From the NCBI GenBank assembly GCA_040954595.2, contig CM082593.2, forward strand, positions 2,329,830 to 2,393,829: a stretch of 64,000 nucleotides of DNA, read 5' to 3'. The stretch is from Balanoglossus misakiensis. Lineage: Eukaryota; Animalia; Hemichordata. Both the position numbers and the translations under genes were made by a program. A model generated the notes under the pieces. It was not told where the DNA came from. It did no database searches and worked only from the letters and a program-made list of their open reading frames with translations. Positions 1-11,245 of the stretch are shown piece after piece (the stretch's first letter is position 1; the number at the start of each line of letters is the position of its first letter).

Positions 1-3000
1 CACCTCTGGCAAAATCAACAGGATATCCTGCTTTCAGTGCTTCTGCCAAATGATTGAAAACAGTCCCTGCTTTCAAATTCCTCATAGCTGCTACCTCCTC
101 CTATCCATAAAAAAAACAGAAGAATTTCACAATTTCTGTAATTATATAACAAATAGGATAATTTGAGAGAAATACTAGTATTCCTGAACAGTACTCACCA
201 CTGTTTTGTTCTTCTCATGAAAGAGTGTGTAGCTTTCCATCACTGTGTCCGACACTTTCTGAACGATAGAGCTCCGTTGGAATACTACACTTTCAGGTGC
301 CTGGAATTATAGAGAAAATAAACCAGTTAGAAATGTCAAATTGTGTTAACTAAGTATAGAGTCTCTGTTATAAGTTTGCTATGTAACACTAACCCTAATG
401 CTAACCATCGCCACCAGACAATGGTATTGTCCCAGGTCCCCAGGCACTAAAATTGAACAGGTCTACATGTTAAACATTTGAAAAAATAATACCTTAGGGT
501 TTTCCACGATGCTGCTGGGGACAGTGTCTCTAAATCTGTCCATCTTCACATCCCGATTCTGGCAGAGTTCTTTCAGCTTCTCAATGAATTTAGCACCAAA
601 TTTCTCAGCTCTGGCTTCAGATATGCCATCGATGCGCAGAAGTGACTTCATAGAGCTTGGTCTATACAAGATAAGGATTGCACAGAACATACGTGTCAGA
701 ACTGTATGGGTGATGGCCATCATCAGAAGTGCCTCTTGAACATTTCGTGTTTCACTCATGATAGTCAAATACTGGTATAACATCTCAACTCACCTGATTC
801 GTGACATATCTAACAGATTCTTGTTGTTGGCTATCATGTACGGGGCAGCCCCAATGCTGGATGCTAACTCATTACGCAGAAGCACCAGCTTGCTGTACAA
901 CTCACCCTGTTGTTTGAGATACAAAAAGACAGAAGACTGTGTGAGTAATTCAACAACATGTATGCTGACTGTTAGTCAGAAGTACTGGTAATCTGCTGTT
1001 GATTAAGCCAAGATTGCTGATCTATTGTAAAAAAGTTTCCATGCCTGTAGCTCCAGCTCTTTTGGGTCCACAGGTGCCTGTGTTGGTTTAATCTCTCCTC
1101 CACTGCTGGTGTTTCCAATCACCATCTGAGTCCAACCCCCAACGGGTATGCTTGGTAGTATCTTCGGAATGAATGTACATTCAACCTTCTCCTTTTCCTT
1201 CTCGCACAGCAACAGTTCCTGAGGTCAAGAATATTGTAAATGTGGTTGATTGTTCAGTGTGTGCAAACTAAAGCCCATGCAAGAAAACTCTGCAATATAC
1301 TGTGAGATTTTGGGTGGCTTAGGCAGTTTATATGGGAGGTCATTCTCATGTAAAGGACAAACAACATGTGACCCATCATCCTGTTACCTGATTGGGTGTC
1401 ATTTTGAATTCCTTGGGACTTGAAAACCACTTCTTTCCATCGGCAGTCAATTCCACTGTATATCCGAACCCGCTACGAACTGGTACCTCAACTAACATGC
1501 GCGCCATGATGGCCATACGTCCTACGAAAATACAAGGATAAACAAATTCAAACTTTATACAAATTATGCCACTAGAGCTCGGCATATTGTTTTGTGCTTT
1601 AACCCTTTCACCACCATGGTTTGGTCCAAATCCATTGTTTTCTATGGTAAAGTGGAACCTCCAAAGAGGGAACTGGGGGTGAACATCAAAATCACCAAGA
1701 ACTGATTAGATCCAGAAAACTGTTACGTACCAAATGCTTTCCACCACTTCTCACTGTGATACCTGTGGAAAACAGAATGATTTTAAAATGACAACAAAAT
1801 CATTCCCGTATTTCCTGCCTGCACTTGGCAGTGCGTGTGTGCAGTGCAGTGAACATTTCTAATTTCACACTTAGGTGCACAAGGCATACAAGAAAATCTT
1901 GGTATTTCTAAAAATGCAATACTCACTTTCCATTGCCAAATGCTTTGTGTTGGTGAAATCTGGTGTAAAGCTTCTGGTTTGTCTGCAAGCAGAAACAAGA
2001 CAACTGATGATTAGAAAAATGTACCAAAAGTTGCCTTAGCTTTTGTTTTTGCAAAAGTTTGGACTCAAATCAGGTCCTTCACTATCTCACAGTCAATTAG
2101 AGTCAATAATTAATGGCTTACTGATCCTCTCAGGAAATAAATTGGAATGGAAAGTCCAAATCTTTGACCAGTGATGGTAATTGCTTGTAGAAGGTGGTCT
2201 AACTCCTTGGAGAAATCTCTTTCATCAGAACCATCAACTTGGGTGGAAGACATCCCTGGATGTCTATTGCCTTGTGGTGCCTTGGCTCTGAAAGGGAGCA
2301 ATAAGTCATTGTTGATGACACAGTCACCACTTGAACTTTGAGACAAAAGGAAATGTTGAGATAACCTTTTATTATAGAAAAGTTCTGCATCCTAAACACC
2401 TACTTTCTTCTGCATACATCACAGCAATCTTCAGTGCCCACAAGAGGACTTGTTTCACTTTGGAAATGCGACAAGATTCCACTGAAATATTAAACAAAAA
2501 CATAAGATCATTGTAATTATTATATTGATGAAGTAACTGAGTAAGCACCTACATGTAGAGTACATGTACCATAAATGTAAAACTCTCACCTCCTTCTACA
2601 CTTGTTTGTTGTCAGATATTGTTCCATTTTTGTCATCATTCCGATTCTGTGATCACTCATCTTGTCCGTCAGAAACATTCTGTAGATTAGAAAAAATATT
2701 CAGAATCAGTCAGATGATTCAACCAACCCATCCCTCCCCTCCCTCCCTCCATCCAGCCTAGATGCAAATATCAACGAGAAAAAAATAACATTACCGGTAT
2801 CTGCAGTTGTTCTGAGACAGTCCATGGAAGAGTCAAAACTCACTTGTTCAAAGTGAAATCAGCAGATGCATAGAAAGCATGGCATTCACTTGGCAAACCA
2901 TCCCTTCCTGCACGTCCTATTTCCTGGTAGTACGACTCAATGTCCTTTGGTGCTGAAAATAAGACAAAACACAGCAATTTCACAAGCAATCACTTTGGTT

Positions 3001-6000
3001 TGCATTCCCAAACATCAGTCAATGTATAAATGTATTAATCTTACCTCCATAGTGAATAATTTTCCTGACATCGGGTTTATCTATTCCCATACCAAAGGCC
3101 ACAGTGGCAACAATGCACTGAGAATACAATGAAATAAATATACATTTATGTATGTAAATGTATAATACACACAGTCCCCTAATCACCGGTCACTGACTTT
3201 CAATACTTTACTTTCAAGAACTGACTGATGAAATCTGATTTACCTGTAACTCATCTCTAACAAACTTGTGATGTGCACTTTTCCTTTCAATTAAGGTTCG
3301 CCCTGCATGATATATATCTGCCTTCACTCCCAGGCCTGTTGAGAAATATTGAGAAAGGTTGACAGTAGCTCAGCAGCTGATTGGCCAGTGTCTATACATT
3401 GACACTGCATTATCCAATCAGAAGCCCTGTACCTCTGGTTACAGCAGAAATATGTGAATGGCTCAGAAAACCATTGTGTACTAACTTTTTATGATTTCAC
3501 CAACGTTTTCTGTAATTTTCTTAGTCGGGCAGTAAATGATGGTGGGTCCATCAAAGGCATAGTGGAAGCTGAGGAGGTAACAAAATAGGAATCATGTGAA
3601 TTTTCTTTGAGTTTAATCTATACATTGGAAAACTGCTTTGAATATGGCACAAATGTGTAGACCACCATAAACTTGGCTGGTTTAGATACAAATGGCTCAC
3701 CGTGAATTCTCATGGAGAAAAGGCATCAGATCTTCCTGAATGTTTGTCTTCATCTGGACTTCTAAGTACAAATTGGGTCTGAAAAATAATAATTCAAGGA
3801 AAAAGTCGAGCTGTTTTATCCCATAATCAGAAAAATTTCATTTTTCAAGCTGAACATGATTGAAGGAAAGCATATTTCAGTGAATATAAAACAGCAATAG
3901 TAAAAGGCTGCTTAGCAGAGATGATGTCTCAACACAGATGTTGTCACTTACCTGTCAAAGCTAGTACATGTTACAAGAGGATTTTTCAATTTCAGTGATC
4001 TGATAATGTCCTCTCTTACTTCAGGAGTTGCCGTGGCAGTCAGAGCCATGAAAGGCACCTACAAGGAAATCCATACAAAACAATAATCTCAAAGTAGTAA
4101 CCTCACTTCGTCAGTGTTCCATTCTCACAAAATGACATTTAATGACTTGGAATGTGGAATGCTATTAATACCCTGTCTGTATACACTTACCCCTGGTAGA
4201 ACGTTTCTCAATCTGCCAAGAGTTCTGTAATCACTTCTGAAATCATGACCCCATTGCGATACACAGTGCGCTTCATCTATTGCAACCAGACTGATTCCTG
4301 TAAAGTAATGGTAACAACTCTAGAAATAAAAGCAAGAAATCTTGTCCATGATGAGAAATATTGTAATGAGCTGGTGATCACAAGAAATGAGCGAGTATAA
4401 CTGGCCCATAATGCTCCGAAAGGATTGTGTGTTTTTTAAGATGTCTCAAGTCACTTACCAACTCTCTGTTGTATATCTTTCAGAAGATCTGTTGCCACGG
4501 ATGCAAACTCTGGAGTCAAGTACACCAGTCTATATTCACCACTATCAACAAAATGAAAATTGGTAAGTACTGATGTTTTCCATGTCATCTATGTAACACT
4601 ATAGTATAAGTATAACCCTATAATACAAAAAATATTTACTTACTTTATTATTCCTTGCTTGACCTTGGACATTTCAGATTGTGCCGATCCCAGATAACAA
4701 GCACTGATGTTAGATAACCTGTCGAGATATTGTCAGGGAAATTAAAATCTAAAATCTCTGTGTAAAGTGCGCCCCCAACGACAGAAATGTCACTTCACCA
4801 ATAATAATAATAATGTGTATGGGGGAGGTTTGTCTTAACCGCAAGGAAACACGGTGAGTTGTGGGATAGAACTGGAGGGGCACTCGCGGAAGACACCACT
4901 TGTGCTGTACACACTCCTACGTCAAGTGCCCCTCCAGCTATCCCACAATCCACCGTGTTTCAAAGATGGTGGTTAAGACAAACCTCCCCTATAGACAACA
5001 TGTAATGTACTTACTGTAATGCTAGCACTTGGTCCTCCATTAATGATATCAATGGTGAAATCACCAATGTGGTTCCACCAGTGTAGACTGATGGGAACTG
5101 ATAACACAGACTTTTACCGTAGCCTGTAGCCATTATCACACAGTTGTCCTGTTGGCGTTTCACTATCGACTCAATGATTCTCCACTGCATACTGAAAATA
5201 AATGGGGAAACTTTATGATAGCACCTCAGACAGTAATTGAAGGTCTCGGTGACCAATCACTGTTTTTCATCATGGAACAGTAGAAAAATTATACACGGGG
5301 GAAAAATCAAGCAACAGATGAAGAATAAATAATATGCATATTTTTAATGCTTAAATTATAATCATAGAAAGTACAGCAAACAAAGCAGTCTCTAAAGAAC
5401 TAGAAGTTTAAACTGCACTAAAAATCTATTTGCCAATAAACAGTAAAGCTTGCATGTCAGCAGGACTTGACCAGCAGGACTTGACCACTGCAGCAGGGAG
5501 GTTTCCAACAAAAGTTCAAGTTAACAAGTGCAGTTCAAAAACAGCTATAAAATCCTAGATTTTTGTCTTCTGTTCATGTTAATTGATTTCTACATTGACA
5601 CTTCTTGTCCTGAGGATAATTTCACCACCAATATTACTAACTGGAATCCATATTCATTGATACACACACTTGATCAAGCATTTGTCTCACACGGCATTTC
5701 TTAACACTGAAATTGCTCAGTTTGTCCTGCAACCCGGCCCTTGTCGCCATGGATTTCATGATGGAGTTCAGGGTTTGTATTCCCAGCGGACCGTTCCGAA
5801 ACCATATGTCCTTGTTACTGACTTTGGTAGTGTGCTGTACTCCAAGGTAGAAAGGAGCATCCAGACATTTCATCGCTTCCGGCCTCCTTGCGCTGTACAC
5901 CTTGTAAACGCCAACAGGGCATGTCTCTGGCTTCAGAGGCGTGGCGTATACTTTAAAGTTTATATAATCCGCATGTTCAGTCTCGGTAGAATTCTCCCTA

Positions 6001-9000
6001 TAGACCAGATACTCCCCTCTGTCATCGCTGGCCAGTGTCAAGTCACCCCATTTCATGTTTTTGTGCGCATCATTTCCTTTGATGCCAAACAGTTTCGTGT
6101 TGTTCAACCACACTGTGTTCAGAATGGCAGTGGGTGAGTGGGTACCCAGCTGACCAGCCTTCACTAACATCGATTCATGTTGTGGCGTTAAAACCTTTAC
6201 TCTCTTTGATAAATTCCCCTTTCCCGTCTCCTTCAGTTTTTTCCGCTTGGCCGAGAGTGCCTGTTGGCTTTTCTGGAATCTATCACCGCGAGTTATACTG
6301 AAACCGTAGTTCGAAGCACACAAGTATCGACTTATTGATTTTTGGTAACTGGAGAGGGAGTCTGGTTCAAATTCACTGCGATCCTCTTTCCGCACATTGT
6401 GGTAGAAAAAAGCCAGCAGAGAATCGAGCTCGTCCGGTGGAATGTCCACAATGTCCCGAGAATCATTGGCCATTTGCTGAATCCAATTCTTGAAGAAGGC
6501 AACGTCTCGTCTTGTTTTCATTTCTGTGTTTTTATTCTGTGGTCTCACGGGGGTGCTGTTGCAGGACGATGATTCAGAGGCACTGGCTGATGATGGTGAC
6601 TCCGTAGTGGCTGGACTTGTAGAACAGGTTGCAGTTACACTCCAACTGTCTTCATCACTGTTTATTTTTAATATTACAAGTAATGGTATAGGGGCCAAAG
6701 GAAAGACATTTCTAGAACTTGTCAAACTGACTCAAAGCTTTCACGAATGGTTGTTAGAGGACACACTGCGAGTCAGTCAATTTTTGTGCAGATATATTTG
6801 GAGGGTCAGGCCAGCTATTCCTAAAATTGAGGGCAGAAGTCACAGAACTATGAGTGGACATGTTTCATCCAGGCCTGGTCTCAGTTGATGCCTCACAGCT
6901 GATCACGGGTCAAAAGACACCGACTTCGAACTTGATCAAATATGGGCAAAGACCAAACCAGTCTTCAGATTAACATTTGAGTTCTAGAAAACAGGATGAC
7001 TTGTACTTACGGTCTAAACTTGGAATGTCCAAACGCAGTCTTCAAAACATCGGTAAATTTTGGATCCACTGGAGGTACACTTGAGTCTGCAATAAACAAA
7101 CTGGGATGAGGAAAATGCCAGACACTGCGAGATTTTGCCACACGGGAAACATAGATTTGAACAGGGTTGTGTCAGTATAACTTATACATCGGTGATTAAA
7201 ACAAACGACTGCATGCCTATAACACTGATTTGTACAGGTTATCATGTGCCTATAATACTCAGACTTATATCCACCACTATTTGTTTTGTAACTACAGTCA
7301 CACCTGTGTATAGCTGCTGGCCAGAAGGCTCAGCTGAAATGGCCGCTGTTGGATGATTGAATAACTTACTTATAAATTTAAAGCCTGCATTAGCAGATTT
7401 TGGATAGGGCAGTGAAGCAACACATATACGCATACACACAAACTGTGTCTAAACTGTTTTATTTGAAGTTAAAAATTGATTTTGCCAGATAAATAGATCA
7501 CTGTAAAATGAAGAATAAATACAGAATAGAAATCAGCAAGTCAATAAGAAAACAGTGGAGGAAATCATAGACAAATGAAATCAGTCAAGACAAGTCTATG
7601 GCAATGTTTCTGTTATCCTGGTAATAAGAGTATGCTCTCCTTGGGACAAGTTTAGATTGAATCAACTCAGGTACTGTATGTCCAGGAAATGTTCGACAGA
7701 ATGGTGGAGGGCTGTCTGTTTCCAATGGCTTGGTCTCCTGATGTCATCCCGGCTTTTTAATGATGTAGCAGACCATTGGTAGTGGCTTTGTATCAATATT
7801 TTTTGAGCTGCATGGGTTCCTTTGTGTGACTTGCCGATGACAAGGGGTTTCTTGTTTTTCTCCAGCCATGTTTAACATGCACACAACATACGAGTCAAGC
7901 ATCCTTTGAGTTTTCACCATCATAAGAGTCCTCTCCTTTGATAAGCTGAGAAATGTTACTCGCATTCCAGCAAAACTTCCCAGTCTCATCCATGCTGAGA
8001 TATCTAGGAAAATATTCTTGATAAAGCATTGGTAACCGTTGTTGCCAGTCCAAAACTGCTTCATCAGACAATTCACGACTGTCTCCGTTCATTTTCCCAA
8101 ACACGATGTTGTGGCGTTTCTGGAAGGACCCCAGCCAACCGTTGGATGCTTTGAAGGTTGTGTTGTTCACCTCGCCAGCAAACTGCAAAGCTGTCTTTTG
8201 TAGCATAGGGCCACTGACAGGAAGACCACGGTTTGTGACATCTTGGAACCACTGCCAACACAGTTCGTTGATTTCTTCATTTCCTGGTTAAAGAAGAAAT
8301 AAAAGACGCAAACGAGTAAATTGCACATCGCGATGACTGGTGCAGTAACACTCTGGAGGATCTGATAATCATATGAATGGTCCACTCCCTGTCGACACAT
8401 CCGAAATCTGAAAGGGTCACACAGGAGCCTGTGGACAGTGACCAAGCTTTCAAAACAACATCTCGTGGAAAATTTTCCAGTTGAATCTAAGTCTAAATCA
8501 CACAGATAATGAACTTACCTGTTTTCCTCAGTTTTCTTTTTCTATCACCAGGTACGTTACTTTCATACTCCTCAATGATTTCTGCTTTTCTTTTCACAAT
8601 CCGGCAGACTTGAGTCTTACCAACACCTATCATCTCTGCAATAGCTCGACCACTTTTTCCCGCCTCGTGGAGTTGAACGACCACCATCTTTTCATTTAAT
8701 GTCAGTGTCCTCCGCGTGGACGCCTTGCCAGTAGCCATAGTAACTGAATGAATAAGATGCAACTTCTGACACTAAGGGGATGTAGTCAGTACTGTTGCTT
8801 GAATCTGACTGACACAAACCTTTTTGCAGACTTTACAAGGTACCCTGTACTTACCTGCCCTAAATTTTGGTCTAATCTTCTATATGCAAGTACATGTATA
8901 CAACCATGATAACCTGTTCTTACAGCAAGGCATGCAGACGTTTATTTATCACATCAAACCCTGAACCTTACTACTATGAAAACTTCTTAATTTTGACTAA

Positions 9001-10168
9001 ATTATCTGGAAGTTCAATTGCGCTGAAGTAACCAACACCCACCTGTTTCAGTTTCTGTTTCATTCAAATCTCTCACCGACTGAGGTTTAGATGAAGAAGT
9101 CGTTGCTTTAGCACAAGCATCATCCGTTTCCTAAAAAATTGAAGAAAGAAAAAAGAACTTCATTCGAAATCAGTGACTTATACAATCTGACGGTTGTTAA
9201 TGTTTTTCACCTGACATTACAACTATTGAACAATGAGTAACTCTACCTGTAACATTTGGTCATCGAAATCTTCATCATCATCATCACATGCAACATAATA
9301 ATTCATGATTTCAGCTGCTTCTTCTTGTTCTGTCTTGGTCAGAGCCACACCTTCGGGGGTCGTGAAACTGTGTGCCAATGGAGGTTTTTGAGGAGTCGGC
9401 TATAGAAATAAACCATACAAGTCCATCTGTCATGAACATTCCAAAGGAAAATGGAAAATCCATGCACAAATACTAGATCTTAAAGTAGCGTACATTTCAA
9501 TCTGAAAACTGCCACACAAACTTAAACCATGACCCTTTCACTACCAGGTCTCTGTTTTGACCACAAATATCAAAACATTTTCTAAATGCAAGAAAAGTCT
9601 TGCACTCTATACTTACCATAATGATCTCATTATCACTACCATCTTCGCTATCTGATCGCTGCCTATACTTCACTATGCAAGGGCTGTTTGTTTCAGAGGA
9701 ATTTTCTTCCATGGGTGTTCCATGTTGTTCATTGCTTGGGGTGGATTTAGTAACAACACCTGATTCAACTGTCCAGTTTCCAGTAGTATCCGCATCATCA
9801 TCACAGTTTCCATTCCTTCCCATCGATTCATCGAGTGCCCCATCACTGTACGAGAGATCTGCAACTTCAGTCTTTACTTTTACTTTCTGAAAAGTATCCT
9901 TGGCACTTTTTCTTTCTGCACATATGCTCGCAGCTGCAGGATCACCTGTCACACTTCCAAGGCAAACTTTATTTGTGCTGAATATTTCATCCAGGTTTTT
10001 TAACTTTGCCTGTACAGACTTGATCAGTATGCTTCCATGGGTGAAGCTGTCCTCACTAAACTTAGCACACTGAGTTACTGTTTCAATTAACTTCTCTGCA
10101 TAATTAGATACAATAATCAGTTCTTCAACCAGTATTCTCTTCTGATCTGTTTGCTTGGTGTCATCCAT
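1..10168 (-). CDS. WRN: Werner-syndrome-type RecQ helicase, multi-exon, 3' end beyond the left edge, no exonuclease domain visible
   Basis: Spliced minus-strand exons with GT-AG ends: 10168-9617, 9399-9247, 9130-9043, 7086-7011 (AFGHSKFRP), 5191-~5013 ([24 protein letters not shown], motif I), ~4298-4190 ([15 protein letters not shown]), ~4058-3951 (FMALTATAT), ~3119-3045 ([16 protein letters not shown]), ~2953-2845 ([12 protein letters not shown]). RQC-region exons at ~2680-1388, HRDC exons at ~905-492, C-terminal HTH exons at ~300-1. Confidence 0.95.
1599..1683. mobile_element. Short non-autonomous element (TTAA-CCC start, piggyBac-like MITE), copy 1, right end degraded, in a WRN intron
   Basis: ttaaccctttcaccaccatggtttggtccaaatccattgttttctatggtaaagt is nearly identical to the sequence at 56604-56660. 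Confidence 0.6.
4818..4993. mobile_element. Foldback/MITE-like element with long imperfect inverted repeats in a WRN intron
   Basis: ggggaggtttgtcttaacc pairs with ggttaagacaaacctcccc. gaaacacggtgagttgtgggatagaactggaggggcact pairs with agtgcccctccagctatcccacaatccaccgtgtttc. TA is present at both flanks. Confidence 0.75.
5637..6657 (-). CDS. Crypton-derived DUF3504 (tyrosine-recombinase-like; ZMYM/QRICH1/KCTD1-type) domain ORF nested in a WRN intron; candidate alternative terminal exon
   Basis: Uninterrupted ORF with family-type motifs [81 protein letters not shown]...PLG..TL..IMK.MA..AGL. Phase-2 AG acceptor at 6659-6658. Confidence 0.85.
7458..7463 (-). terminator. Candidate polyadenylation signal (AATAAA) for the Tigger-derived terminal exon
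   Basis: tttatt on the plus strand, followed on the minus strand by a GT-rich tract (tttgtgtgtatgcgtatatgtgt). Confidence 0.5.
7744..7894 (-). pseudogene. Degenerate, frameshifted remnant of the Tigger DDE catalytic domain downstream of the stop
   Basis: A different frame reads [34 protein letters not shown], resembling the Tigger C-x-N-x-x-G-E-K...NPRCFK...LPV.Y..NKKAW segment. Confidence 0.6.
7895..8743 (-). CDS. Tigger/pogo (CENP-B-like) transposase-derived DNA-binding module, two exons (8743-8519, 8283-7895), truncated just after the first DDE Asp; nested in a WRN intron
   Basis: Exon A encodes a CENP-B N/psq-type HTH ([36 protein letters not shown]), followed by a GTAAG..CAG intron. 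Exon B encodes a CENP-B/Tc5 HTH ([36 protein letters not shown]), then MDETG and a stop at 7895. Confidence 0.85.
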
Positions 10169-11245
10169 GGCTGACTCTTGTTCACGAGACAGTTTCCTCA
10201 CATGAACAGATTTCTGATGTATAATCCTTGTCCTGTTTTTAACTGAGGATACGCTCTATCTAAAGAAAAGATGACACAAACATAAGCGTATGAGAAACAC
10301 TGGTGGTGGTGGTGGTTAGTTCCCTGAAATTTCTTTTTCAGCGATCGATCACGTCCAATAATGCCCACTATGGCTGCCCTGTGTGATTAACTAAAACCAC
10401 GTTCATTTCTATGAGTCAAAAAATAGCTAAAAGTTTAATACCTCCTAGAAATTCAACTCCGTCTTCCGTTCTCATTATTTTCCTCCGCGCCTTCAGCCAT
10501 TACGACCTCTGACCTTGGGTAGCGCCCCCAAAGAATCTTTTGTACCAACACTTTCGTTTTCATTTCTCGAGCGTATACGTGTGTTCTGATACATGTATTT
10601 TCTAAACCGGGAGTCTTGGCGATTTTATATATTCGTTGATTGCCCCCTACCTTGTTTCATAATGGGAAATTATGGAATTATGTAGATTTTTATAATTCTT
10701 GGGATTTCAGTCTTTGAACGATCCACATCTGAGCAGACATTCTGGACTTGCATTTTGTAATAAAGAAATAAAGACAACAGAAATAACATTCATCTTTAAA
10801 GACATAATTGTTTATTTCAGATTCAGCTGAAAAAATTTAACAGATGAATACTTCTGGCTTCTATCAGAACTTTGCAAGACCAATTTTTCAAGATGCATAA
10901 ATTGTCTAAGGTCCAGCCTTGTAAACAATTTCCTACATCAGGATGACACACAGTGTCAATAAATTCCATCATCTGCTCAATTCTAATGTCATGTACCAGA
11001 GAAATATAGCTCATTTGAATAAATTCATATATCAGTGATATCGAATTTGCATATATAAGCGCCACTAATATCAAAACTATTTAAGGTAATGAGATTTATG
11101 TGCCATGAACCTAGCTAGGTTGTGAGTGGTTTATAAAGACTGCAAGTCCAACAATCTTAATAGCCTGGATGAGATTCTGATTCAACAAATTTTGCCTGTG
11201 TCATCATCAGAGAAAACATCAGAAGAATGCTAAACAAGCATTTCT

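Noticed and set aside
5458-5487. Short tandem duplication cagcaggacttgac x2 (a similar one lies at ~24796-24840)
   Set aside because: Only two units and no spacers. This is an ordinary local duplication, not a CRISPR-like array.
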